From assembly GCA_031414775.1 (NCBI GenBank), contig JANOQI010000060.1, positions 1-36,204 on the forward strand: DNA of 36,204 bases, written 5' to 3'. The translations under genes were made by a program, and so were the position numbers. Below are positions 9,813 to 19,164 of this stretch, piece after piece (the stretch's first letter is position 1; each line of letters begins with the position of its first letter). This DNA is from Synechococcales cyanobacterium VAR_4_metabat_354 (GTDB lineage: Bacteria > Cyanobacteriota > Cyanobacteriia > Cyanobacteriales > Chamaesiphonaceae). Below the pieces are notes generated by a model. The model searched no databases. It saw only the letters and a program-made list of their open reading frames with translations, and was not told the DNA's origin.

Positions 9813-10382
9813 ATGATTACTTCCCACTCCGACTATCTATCTTATTTGGAAGCTGATCGCATTGCTATGGGTCGTTCGGGAAGAGTTCCATTTCTTTTGG
9901 TTCAAGATCCGACTTGGCATTATCAACGCCAGCTGCGCAAATATGAATTTTTCCTCAACTGTCGTAAGTCCTGGATTTGGTGGCCATTACGACGGTGGTT
10001 AACGTATCGGTATCTTTCTACCAGTTTGCGACTCGGGTTTACAATTCCGCCGAATGTGATCGGGCCAGGATTGAATCTTGTACATGCGGGAACCATCCTA
10101 ATCAACGACAAGGTTAGGATCGGCAGCAATCTGAGGATGAATATAGATGTTGTAATTGGAGCGGGGGTAGATAAAAACGCGGTGCCGGTGATTGGTTGCA
10201 ATGTAGTAATCGAACCGGGGGCCAAAATATTTGGTGCCATTACTATCGCTAACTGGACCCATATTGGTGCCAATGCCGTTGTCAATAAGTCTGTGACAGA
10301 GCCAGGTATGGTTGTGGCAGGTGTCCCAGCCCGTATTATTAAACATAATTCACTCTACATAAATCCAGTTGATGCAGCTTGA
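9813..10382 (+). CDS. Hexapeptide-repeat (LbH) serine-acetyltransferase-like O-acetyltransferase
   Basis: LGFTIPPNVIGPGL, PVIGCNVVIEPGAKIFGAITI, IGANAVVNKS, VAGVPARII. Confidence 0.88.
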   Translation: MITSHSDYLSYLEADRIAMGRSGRVPFLLVQDPTWHYQRQLRKYEFFLNCRKSWIWWPLRRWLTYRYLSTSLRLGFTIPPNVIGPGLNLVHAGTILINDKVRIGSNLRMNIDVVIGAGVDKNAVPVIGCNVVIEPGAKIFGAITIANWTHIGANAVVNKSVTEPGMVVAGVPARIIKHNSLYINPVDAA

Positions 10383-10475
10383 ACTTTGGACAAAATCCAG
10401 ACTGAAGAGGCAGGGTAAACGCATCGACTTAAATACTATTAAAGCAGTTTGCAAGAGTAAAACTTTTAGAAGATA

Positions 10476-10900
10476 ACGCGATGTGCGACTAAGTCATGGC
10501 AAGAAAAGTCCCACCGGGCAATGCTAGAAGTAAAAACTATAGATTCCATGGTCATTTACTTATTAGTAGTACTGAGGTGATTACCGGATTTAGTCTTACT
10601 CCGGCTAATGGCAGTGAGCGGGAAGCGCTCTGGGATATAGTTCACCCGATTCAGGGTTTAGTGATTGGGGACAAAGGATATATCTGCGCTATTCTCCAAC
10701 AAGAATTACGAACCAAGAATATTGAGTACTAGATGACAATTAACTGAAACTGCTATTGGTCAACTAGTCGGGCGCTTTTCCATAGAGAAAGTTTGGGCAA
10801 GAGATCTGTAGCATCTAACTAGTCGGCTTAATCGTCATCATCCTGAACCATTACAATTTGAGCAGCTTTTGACTGAATAAATTCTAGTCGCACATCGCGT
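10476..10900 (+). mobile_element. Internally deleted IS982-family element (425 bp, non-autonomous/MITE-like)
   Basis: Perfect 16-bp TIRs ACGCGATGTGCGACTA (10476-10491) and TAGTCGCACATCGCGT (10885-10900). 7-bp direct repeat GAAGATA at 10469-10475 and 10901-10907. The interior encodes IS982 transposase fragments. Confidence 0.9.
10496..10880 (+). pseudogene. IS982-family transposase remnant (C-terminal part, with stops and deletions)
   Basis: FHGHLLISSTEVITGFSLTPANGSEREALWD...IGDKGY, then in a shifted frame ETAIGQLVGRFSIEKVWARDL*HLTSRLNR...EPLQFEQLLTE*. Confidence 0.85.
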
Positions 10901-11231
10901 GAAGATAGTCATTGTCCATTGCGGCATTAAATCTCTTCAGAGGGCATCTGAGAAGTCCAGAGATAGCTAATAATCTTCACTATTCATTACTTTTTCCATC
11001 TTTAATTCTATCTTGACGGTTTATGCCTCTTTAAGTCAGTTTTGTTACTTTTCTCCAAAATGGGATACACCCGGTTAGATTGGTGTTCTTCACTATTTAG
11101 AATGAGAAATTTTCGAATTCAGACTTTTTTATCAGTATTTTAACTGATGCCTTTATCCTAAGACTAGTGTATTAGTTTAAGACAAGTTGATTAAAGCATC
11201 TACAAGTATTCATCAAAATATCAATGCTCTT

Positions 11232-12329
11232 ATGACTCAGAAACGAATCACTTTTTTCTTGGATGCTCTGCACGGTGGGGGAGCAGAAAAAGCAGTTGTC
11301 AATATGCTGCAAGGGCTATCCAAAAGAGATTTTATCCTAGACTTAGTTCTGGCTAAGATAGAAGGGCCATATGTTGAAATGGTACCAAAGGAAGTCAACA
11401 TGATTGACTTGGGTACGGGAAGAGCCATGAAATCTGTCTTCCCCCTAACGAGTTATCTGAAGCAAAATAGACCTTGGGCTTTGGTTGCCAATATGGGTCA
11501 TGTGAATGTGGCAGCAGCGATCGCCAAAGAATTATCGGGCATATCAACACGATTAGTCTTGGTTGAGCAAAATAATATATCTGCTCATCCTCCTTCCATA
11601 CCTAGAGCTAAGTTGATTAAACCCTTAGCCAAATGGTTATACCCTCGCGCTGATATTGTAGCGGGCGTATCTGCCGGAGTTGCTAGAGATATTGAATATC
11701 AGTATGGTCTAACAGCAGGACGCGCTCTAGTTATCAACAATCCGGTGGTAGATGAAACGCTCTTTATCAAAGCCAAAGAAACTCCCGACCATCCTTGGTT
11801 TCAAGATCAGGACATTCCAGTATTTTTGGCAGTGGGCAGATTAACTGAGCAAAAAGATTTTCCCAATTTGCTCCAGGCTTTTGCGCTCGTGAGAGCCAAG
11901 CAAGCAGCACGCTTAATTATTTTAGGAGAGGGTGAGGATCGATCGAAACTAGAAGCAGAAATTAACCGGTTAGGAATAGCAGCAGATGTATTAATGCCTG
12001 GTTTTGCGGCCAATCCGTATTCTTATATGAGCCATGCCCGGGCGTTGATTTTATCTTCCAAGGAAGAAGGCTTACCCACTGTTTTAATTGAGGCGCTGGG
12101 TTGTGGTTGTCAAATTGTGTCTACTAATTGTCCGAGTGGTCCTGATGAAATTTTAGAAGGGGGCAAATTTGGTATTTTGGTACCGGTTGCTGATAGTAAA
12201 GCTTTATCAGAAGGAATGTTGAATAGTCTCAACAGTAAGCTCTCTAAGGAAGTTTTGGTGGAAAGGGCACGATATTTTTCCACAGATAAAGTCGTCGCTA
12301 AATTTTTAGACCTTTTGAATTCTTTATAA
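11232..12329 (+). CDS. Glycosyltransferase family 4 (CapH/PglJ-like)
   Basis: LHGGGAEKA, VGRLTEQKDF, SKEEGLPTVLIEALGCG, NCPSGPDEIL. Start taken as ATG 11232. Confidence 0.92.
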   Translation: MTQKRITFFLDALHGGGAEKAVVNMLQGLSKRDFILDLVLAKIEGPYVEMVPKEVNMIDLGTGRAMKSVFPLTSYLKQNRPWALVANMGHVNVAAAIAKELSGISTRLVLVEQNNISAHPPSIPRAKLIKPLAKWLYPRADIVAGVSAGVARDIEYQYGLTAGRALVINNPVVDETLFIKAKETPDHPWFQDQDIPVFLAVGRLTEQKDFPNLLQAFALVRAKQAARLIILGEGEDRSKLEAEINRLGIAADVLMPGFAANPYSYMSHARALILSSKEEGLPTVLIEALGCGCQIVSTNCPSGPDEILEGGKFGILVPVADSKALSEGMLNSLNSKLSKEVLVERARYFSTDKVVAKFLDLLNSL

Positions 12330-12353
12330 AAAAGCACAAAAACATTTTAGATT

Positions 12354-13544
12354 ATGACATTATCGTTAACTAAGTCTAGTACTGACCGCCAAACTGTAAA
12401 AATTGTTTTCATCATTAACTCTTTGAACACTGGTGGAGCAGAAATGATGCTCTACAAATTTCTCACCCGCCTTGATCGCAACCGATACACTCCCACAGTG
12501 ATTTCAATGTTAGATGGTGGTGTTTTTGTTGATCAGATCAAGGCTTTGGATATCTCAGTTCATGCACTGGGCATGGATAAATTGCCAACTTTCTCAGGAT
12601 TACAGAAACTCCGCAAAATCATCAATCAGGTACAACCAGATTTAATTCAAGGTTGGATGTACCATTCTAATTTGGCAGCACAGATTGCCAATTTCTTAGC
12701 AAAGCACAAAAAACCAGTCTTGTGGAGTATTCATCATTCGATCGCCTCTTTACGGGCTGAGAAAAAGTCGCTAGCGATCATCATTAAACTGACAGCTGCT
12801 CTATCGAACAAAGCTACTCAAGTAATTTTTTCTTCGAAAAAGGGTAGAGCACAACATTTGGCAGTAGGATATTGTGCCCAAAATTCTTTAACCATTGGTG
12901 ATAATTTCGATCTTACGAAGTACAAACCTACTGCCGGCTCACCAATGAACTTGCGAGCATCCTTAAATCTGCCCGAAGAGACAATTTTGATAGGTGCCAT
13001 CTCTCGTTACCATCCAATGAAAGATCATGCCACCTTTTTAAAGGCAGCTGCCAAGATTACTGCCAATTATCCAGTGGTACACTTTATCTTGGTCGGTCTT
13101 AATATTGACGATCAAAATCCTGATTTAACTGCACAAATTAAAATTTTGGGCATTAGCTCACAAACCCATCTTTTGGGACAGCGTCAAGATATTCCAGAGC
13201 TGATGGCCTCTTTTGATATTTTTACCTCTAGTTCAGCCTATGGCGAATCCTTTCCTAACGTATTGGGAGAAGCCATGTCTTGTCAAATTCCCTGCGTCAC
13301 GACCGATGTTGGTGATTCGGCAGTTATCGTTGGCGATACCGGCATAGTTGTGCCACCCAAAGACTCAGATGCTCTGGCGGCAGCCTGGCAGAAGTTGATC
13401 TTGATGGATAAAACAGCTCGACAAACTTTAGGAGAAAATGCTAGAAACCGGATCAAAGAAAATTTTGATTTAGATGCACCCAATTCTTTCGTAAAACAAT
13501 ATGAGGCGGCTTACGAACAAGCATTGTTCAAACCAGTGCGTTAA
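12354..13544 (+). CDS. Glycosyltransferase family 4 (WbnK-like)
   Basis: TGGAEMML, QGWMYHSN, RYHPMKDH, GESFPNVLGEAMSC, TDVGDS. Confidence 0.92.
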   Translation: MTLSLTKSSTDRQTVKIVFIINSLNTGGAEMMLYKFLTRLDRNRYTPTVISMLDGGVFVDQIKALDISVHALGMDKLPTFSGLQKLRKIINQVQPDLIQGWMYHSNLAAQIANFLAKHKKPVLWSIHHSIASLRAEKKSLAIIIKLTAALSNKATQVIFSSKKGRAQHLAVGYCAQNSLTIGDNFDLTKYKPTAGSPMNLRASLNLPEETILIGAISRYHPMKDHATFLKAAAKITANYPVVHFILVGLNIDDQNPDLTAQIKILGISSQTHLLGQRQDIPELMASFDIFTSSSAYGESFPNVLGEAMSCQIPCVTTDVGDSAVIVGDTGIVVPPKDSDALAAAWQKLILMDKTARQTLGENARNRIKENFDLDAPNSFVKQYEAAYEQALFKPVR

Positions 13545-13560
13545 GGCGATACCACCTACG

Positions 13561-13590
13561 AAAAAGCGGACAACATATTGTTCGTTTTTT
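13561..13590 (+). terminator. Probable intrinsic terminator between convergent genes
   Basis: AAAAAGCGGACAA-CATA-TTGTTCGTTTTTT hairpin (two G-U pairs) with a U-tract, 16 bp after the GT4 stop and just before the galE stop. Confidence 0.6.
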
Positions 13591-13597
13591 CATGTTT

Positions 13598-14596
13598 TTA
13601 GGTATGGCGTTTCTGGTGCCAATTCCAAGCGTGTTGGAGAATCGATTGTAATTGCGGATATTGAGGCTGCCACTGCAACAGCTCCCGTGCCTTAGCAGCA
13701 CTGCCAATCAAAGCAGAGGGATCACCTGCGCGGCGCGGACATTTAATAACAGCCATATCTTTACCAGTGACCTGTTTGGCGGTATCAATTACTTCTTTCA
13801 CTGAAAAGCCATTACCGTTGCCCAAATTAAAAATCTCACTCACTTGATGCTGCCACAGATATTCCAAGCCCAAAACATGGGCTTCAGCTAAATCGGTAAC
13901 ATGGATGTAGTCCCGTAGGCAAGTGCCATCGGGAGTGTCGTAATCTGTGCCAAAAATAGAGACGGAATCACGCTGGCCACCAGCAGCTTGCAGCACCAGG
14001 GGAATTAAGTGGGTTTCTGGGTTGTGGTCTTCTCCGAGGTAGCCATCCGGATCGGCTCCAGCAGCATTAAAGTACCGGAAAATAATTGATTTGACACCAT
14101 AGGCATGGTCGTAATCCTGGAGCATCCGCTCGATGACTAACTTACTGAAACCATACGGATTAATAGGATCCTGAGGATGGGTTTCTTCGATTGGACTGTG
14201 CTGAGGCATTCCATACGTAGCACAGGTAGAAGAAAATACCAGATTTTTGATGCCATGTTCGCGCATTCCATCCAAAAGTCCGATCGTCCCGACAACATTA
14301 TTTTGATAGTATTTGGCAGGATCTGTGACCGATTCACCAACATAAGCATAGGCCGCAAAGTGCATGACTGCCCCAATTTTGTGGGCTGTAAAAATCTTAT
14401 TCAAAAGGTTTCGATCGCTAATTTCACCAGCTATTAATTCAGCTTTAAAATTAGCCTCTACGATATCGCGATGTCCATAGACTAAATTATCTAAGATAAT
14501 TACCTTCAATCCTCTAGCTTCTAAAGCTTTGACTGCATGAGAGCCAATGTATCCGGCTCCGCCAGTGACTAATATTGTTCGATCGATTGAATTCAT
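13598..14596 (-). CDS. galE: UDP-glucose 4-epimerase
   Basis: ILVTGGAGYIGSH, HFAAYAYVGES, FSSTCATYG, YGFSK (YxxxK), RYFNAAGA, GTCLRDYIHV. Confidence 0.96.
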   Translation of the reverse strand: MNSIDRTILVTGGAGYIGSHAVKALEARGLKVIILDNLVYGHRDIVEANFKAELIAGEISDRNLLNKIFTAHKIGAVMHFAAYAYVGESVTDPAKYYQNNVVGTIGLLDGMREHGIKNLVFSSTCATYGMPQHSPIEETHPQDPINPYGFSKLVIERMLQDYDHAYGVKSIIFRYFNAAGADPDGYLGEDHNPETHLIPLVLQAAGGQRDSVSIFGTDYDTPDGTCLRDYIHVTDLAEAHVLGLEYLWQHQVSEIFNLGNGNGFSVKEVIDTAKQVTGKDMAVIKCPRRAGDPSALIGSAAKARELLQWQPQYPQLQSILQHAWNWHQKRHT

Positions 14597-14823
14597 AATG
14601 GTTATTTTACCGTTACACTTAGCCTGAGAGTTCGTACTGACATTGACTTTCGCTACTGAATCAACCGCTCAATCTGGAGACTTTGCTCATTATCATTCTA
14701 TCCAAGGATGGACTTTTTCCAGCATAAACCTGTCGGTTTCAGTTTAGTTATAAATATCCAATCAACTTCAGCGCGAACAAAAGAGAGTAAAATATTTAAC
14801 AAGTAGGGATAAACCTGAATCTG

Positions 14824-16494
14824 ATGGTCAACATATTTCTAACGGAGATGTGCACAAACGTGATCAAAAAGTTTTATATCGGTCAACGCAAACTATTGAC
14901 ATGGACTGTGTTGTCTCTATTCGGTTTTCTGTCATTTTTAATCATTCACATCCTGCCTAATTCGGCCTCTGCGATCGATCCCATGGTTTCGCTCCTCCCT
15001 AGCTTAGAAAGAGTGGGGAGAACAGAAAATATCAAGGGCAGTAAGGCAATTAATTTATTCGCAGCGCGGGGAGAGTCCGAATCTTTTCAGGTCGTAGTCA
15101 CCGCACCCCGCAAAGGAATGACTAATGTTAAGGTTTCAGTCTCAGACTTGCGCTCTGCCAGTGGAAAAAGCATCTCTAAAAAAAATATTACGCTCTACCG
15201 AGAACACTATGTTTATGTCCAGCAGCCAAGCCCCTACTTTAGCGGCCATACCAATATCACTTTGGGTAAGGGTTGGTATGCGGATGGGCTGATTCCCTTT
15301 ATTGATCCCAATACGCAGTCGCCACCTGCCACAGCCCCGTTACGAGCCGTTCCTTTTGATGTGGCATCATCCAACAATCAACCGATCTGGGTCGATGTCT
15401 TTGTTCCCATAAATACAGCCCCGGGACAATACACTGGGAAAGTGAGTATAACCAGCAATCAGGGTAAACAAGAAGTCAAAGTAGCCCTGCGGGTCGGAAA
15501 ATTTGCGTTGCCCCTTAAGCCTTCCCTCGATTCTTCCTTTGCCTTTTGGGCGGCCAAAAGCAGAGCCAACAACGTGGAGCTGCTCAAGCACAAACTGATG
15601 CCCCGGACGGTAGCGCTGGGGGATGAAAAATATTTACAGTCCCAATGGGGTTTGATCTCCACTGACCTGGGTTTTTGGAGTGGTGCTAACGTAACTACTT
15701 GCCGGATGAATCCTGTTCCCAGTGTTCAGGAGTTGAAAAAGAAGGCATCCCAACATGTGGCCGGATTGAAAGTTTATAACTATACTGCTGACGAAATCGA
15801 TCGTTGCCCCAATCTAGACCAACCACTGAAGCAATGGGCAGACAATCTACATCAAGCGGGTGTCAAAAATTTGGTAACTATGAAACCCAAACCAGGACTT
15901 TACCTGAATTCCAGTCAAGGTAAATCAGTGGTGGATATTTGGGTACTGTCGCCTAAAATGTATGATGCGGCGCTTGCTCAGGTGGCACAGGTGATCAAAA
16001 AAGGCGATCGAGTGTGGTCTTATAACACTTTGGTGCAAGATGACAGTTCTCCCAAATGGGAAATAGATTTCCAGCCGATCAACTTTAGAATTCAACCCGG
16101 ATTTATTAATCAAAGTTTGGGGATAACTGGCTTACTCTACTGGCGAATTGACCAATGGACAAAGGATCCCTGGCATGACATTCAAACCTTTAAAAATGAA
16201 GAAAATTACCATTTCCCCGGAGAAGGAATGTTAGTTTATCCCGGTCAGCAAGTGGGCGTGAGTGGAGTTGTGCCTTCTATGAGGCTGAAATGGTTGCGGG
16301 ATGGGGTGGAAGATTACGAGTACATCGAAATCTTGAAAAAGCTCGGTCGCGGCAATTGGGCATTACAAGTCAGTCGATCGGTCGGTCGAGATTGGACAAA
16401 CTGGAATCGAAATCCAGGCGCTATAGAATCGGCACGCATGACCTTAGCAAGAGAGATCGAAAGACTTTATGCTCAGCAAAAAAATAGTGGGTGA
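14824..16494 (+). CDS. Exported glycoside hydrolase family 123 / DUF4091-like protein
   Basis: N-terminal hydrophobic anchor or signal, AARGESESFQ, NQPIWVDVFVP...APGQYTG, YTADE (adjacent DE pair), GLLYW, GEGMLVYPG...PSMRLKWLRDGVEDYEY. Start codon uncertain. Confidence 0.78.
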   Translation: MVNIFLTEMCTNVIKKFYIGQRKLLTWTVLSLFGFLSFLIIHILPNSASAIDPMVSLLPSLERVGRTENIKGSKAINLFAARGESESFQVVVTAPRKGMTNVKVSVSDLRSASGKSISKKNITLYREHYVYVQQPSPYFSGHTNITLGKGWYADGLIPFIDPNTQSPPATAPLRAVPFDVASSNNQPIWVDVFVPINTAPGQYTGKVSITSNQGKQEVKVALRVGKFALPLKPSLDSSFAFWAAKSRANNVELLKHKLMPRTVALGDEKYLQSQWGLISTDLGFWSGANVTTCRMNPVPSVQELKKKASQHVAGLKVYNYTADEIDRCPNLDQPLKQWADNLHQAGVKNLVTMKPKPGLYLNSSQGKSVVDIWVLSPKMYDAALAQVAQVIKKGDRVWSYNTLVQDDSSPKWEIDFQPINFRIQPGFINQSLGITGLLYWRIDQWTKDPWHDIQTFKNEENYHFPGEGMLVYPGQQVGVSGVVPSMRLKWLRDGVEDYEYIEILKKLGRGNWALQVSRSVGRDWTNWNRNPGAIESARMTLAREIERLYAQQKNSG

Positions 16495-16575
16495 GGGTTT
16501 AAATTAGGAGCGAGATCCTCGGAAAGTCTTCCCTCCAGCCCTACAATGATCAGATAGCTTTATTCATCTTTGCGC

Positions 16576-17265
16576 ATGGCTCTTCAAGCAGTTTTATTCG
16601 ACTTTAACGGCACAATCATCAATGATGAATCTATCCGTCGCCAGCTAATCGATGAGGTGTTGCTATCTGAAAATCTGCGGCCAGCGGCTAGATCCTACCG
16701 CAAAATTTGTTTAGGCAAGAGCGATCGATCGTGCCTGTTAGACTTATTTGCCGCACAAGGTCGATCGATCAATGAGCTGCAATTACAAAAAATCTTAGTG
16801 AGCAAAGCGAAGGCTTACCAACAGTGCGTAGCAGACCTAGCGGAGTTGCCCATCTACCCAGATCTCATTGATTTTTTAGATCAACTTCAGTCAGCAGGTA
16901 TGAAGCTGGGAATTGTGACTGGGGCACTGCACATAGAAGTGGAAACTGTCTTGAAACAAAGTGGATTGATTGATCGATTTGCCGTAATTGTAGCTAGTGA
17001 AGATGTCCCCGCCAGTAAACCCGCCCCCGATGGCTATTTACTCGCTGCCTCTAAATTAGGTGTTCAGCCCAGTGAGTGCTTAGCAATCGAAAATACTTTC
17101 CCAGGAATTAAAGCAGCTCAAGCGGCCTGTATATCAGTAGTAGGGATTGCCCACACCTACCCATTCCATATGATGCAAAGACAGGCTAACTGGGCAGTGG
17201 ATTGCTTTTCCGACTTGGAATTACAAAGAATTCGATACACCTACTCAGCCACTGAAATTATTTAA
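16576..17265 (+). CDS. HAD-superfamily hydrolase (beta-PGM/CbbY-like)
   Basis: VLFDFNGTII, GIVTGA, SKPAPDGY, CLAIENTFPGIKAA. Confidence 0.88.
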   Translation: MALQAVLFDFNGTIINDESIRRQLIDEVLLSENLRPAARSYRKICLGKSDRSCLLDLFAAQGRSINELQLQKILVSKAKAYQQCVADLAELPIYPDLIDFLDQLQSAGMKLGIVTGALHIEVETVLKQSGLIDRFAVIVASEDVPASKPAPDGYLLAASKLGVQPSECLAIENTFPGIKAAQAACISVVGIAHTYPFHMMQRQANWAVDCFSDLELQRIRYTYSATEII

Positions 17266-17283
17266 ATTATCAAGACAGTAATC

Positions 17284-18384
17284 GTGAGTACTAAGTTAAG
17301 AGAACTAGCCAGCGTTTTCCTAAAACTCGGTTTCACCGCCTTCGGTGGCCCCGCAGCACACCTAGCCATGATTGAAGCAGAAGTAGTTGATCGTCAGCAG
17401 TGGCTGACCCGCGAACACTTGCTCGACCTACACAGCATGACCAACTTAATCCCCGGTCCCAACTCCACAGAGTTAGTGATGCATATTGGCCAAGAACGAG
17501 CAGGCTGGAAGGGTTTAGTGGTAGCCGGACTAAGTTTTATCTTGCCCGCCATGACAATTGTTTGGGTGCTCGCGATCGTCTACACCAAATATCAAACCCT
17601 GCCCAATGTTGGTCATATTTTGGCTGGCATCAAGCCGGTATTACTAGGATTAATTGGTCAAGCTCTCTGGAAGCTCGGTCGATCGGCTATCCAAGATAGG
17701 CTGACTGGTAGTATTGCCATTCTCACACTCCTGGCCTGTGCGGTAAGAGTAAACGAAGTGCTGTGGCTACTGCTGATGGGAATCGCGGTGATGTTGTGGC
17801 GGAACTGGCAGCAGCTCAAAAATACGAATTTTGCAGTGGCTAGTTTACCGCTGGGATTATTACCCACTCCGGAATTGTCAATTTTCGGCCTGTTTCTAAA
17901 GATTGGATTGGTAATGTATGGGGGCGGCTATGTATTGATTGCTTTTTTGCAGCGGGATTTAGTCGATCGACAGCATTTGCTAACCAGTCAACAGTTGCTA
18001 GATGCGGTGGCAGTTGGTCAAGTTACGCCAGGACCATTGTTCACTACAGCCACTTTTGTCGGCTATTTACTGGCTGGTCATGGCGGCGCGTTCGCCGCCA
18101 CGGTGGGAATTTTCTTGCCGGGATTTTTGTTAGTGGCGCTGCTCCATCCCTGGGTAGGTAAAATGCGTCAATCACCCTGGGCTAGAGGTTTTTTGGATGG
18201 TATCAATCCAGCCGCTTGGGGTTTGATGGCAATCGTTAGCTGGCAACTGGCTACTACTAGTATCTACAGTTGGGTTACTGGACTGATATCGATCGTTAGT
18301 GTAGGGATTTTGCTCAAATGGCGCATTAATTCTTTGTGGCTGGTCGGAGTCGGCGGTATTTTGGGCGGTCTGCTGCAAATTTAA
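17284..18384 (+). CDS. chrA: Chromate efflux transporter
   Basis: FLKLGFTAFGGPAAHL, LIPGPNSTE, YGGGYVL, GQVTPGP (two CHR repeats). Confidence 0.93.
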   Translation: MSTKLRELASVFLKLGFTAFGGPAAHLAMIEAEVVDRQQWLTREHLLDLHSMTNLIPGPNSTELVMHIGQERAGWKGLVVAGLSFILPAMTIVWVLAIVYTKYQTLPNVGHILAGIKPVLLGLIGQALWKLGRSAIQDRLTGSIAILTLLACAVRVNEVLWLLLMGIAVMLWRNWQQLKNTNFAVASLPLGLLPTPELSIFGLFLKIGLVMYGGGYVLIAFLQRDLVDRQHLLTSQQLLDAVAVGQVTPGPLFTTATFVGYLLAGHGGAFAATVGIFLPGFLLVALLHPWVGKMRQSPWARGFLDGINPAAWGLMAIVSWQLATTSIYSWVTGLISIVSVGILLKWRINSLWLVGVGGILGGLLQI

Positions 18385-18481
18385 GTGCGATCGAATGGCG
18401 AAGGAAAGGTGATCAGCTACTAAAATAGTGGGTGTGGCCAGCCCTCGTCGGTGGTCAAAAAATTTCATAGAGGAGTAGTAC

Positions 18482-19099
18482 ATGCATTTCGATTTCAATG
18501 TGAGAGAACTAATTCAATCATTAGGATATTGGGGCTACATAGCTGTCTGGTTAACAATTTTTCTGGAAACCGGGTTTTTCTGCTTCTTCTTACCCGGTGA
18601 CAGCTTACTATTTACTACTGGCTTTTTGTGTTCAATCCCTAACTCTCCATTAAACATTTTTGTCATGTCTTTTGGTTGTTTTGTAATGGCTGTTACTGGC
18701 GATTCATTGGGATATTACCTTGGTAAACGCTATGGTCGCCAACTTTTCGATCGAGATTCTTTTGTATTTAAGAAAAAATATCTGCAAGCCGCTGAAGAAT
18801 TCTATGAGAGGAAAGGGTCGATGGCCATTATTGTTTCTAGATTCTTGGCTATTGTGCGTACTTTTGTCCCCTTAGTAGCTGGCATGGCGGCCATGCGCTA
18901 TCGGACTTTTATCTCTAGCAACGTAATTGGTGGCTTGCTTTGGGCAGTGGGTCTGAATTTGTTAGGCTATTTTTTGGGTAAAAAAATGGACCCCGAGGTT
19001 TTAGATAAATATTTAGTGCCAATTACAATCGGAGTGATGATCTTGTCGTTTGTTCCATCTATTATTCATTTAATTCAAGAAAAAACAAAAAAACACTAA
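18482..19099 (+). CDS. dedA: DedA family (VTT domain) membrane protein
   Basis: IFLETG...FLPGDSLLF, GDSLGYYLG, SRFLAIVRTFVP. Confidence 0.92.
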   Translation: MHFDFNVRELIQSLGYWGYIAVWLTIFLETGFFCFFLPGDSLLFTTGFLCSIPNSPLNIFVMSFGCFVMAVTGDSLGYYLGKRYGRQLFDRDSFVFKKKYLQAAEEFYERKGSMAIIVSRFLAIVRTFVPLVAGMAAMRYRTFISSNVIGGLLWAVGLNLLGYFLGKKMDPEVLDKYLVPITIGVMILSFVPSIIHLIQEKTKKH

Positions 19100-19164
19100 T
19101 ATTCCTGACAAGCTAAATTAAAAGAATCGCAACTTATCAATATCCCAAAATTCCCTTCAATTTT

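Noticed and set aside
10939..11153. Possible second MITE (AGAGGGCATCTGAGAAGTC ... GACTTTTTTATCAG/CTGATGCCTTT)
   Set aside because: The left end looks IS-like, but the right end matches only in broken pieces and no target duplication was found.
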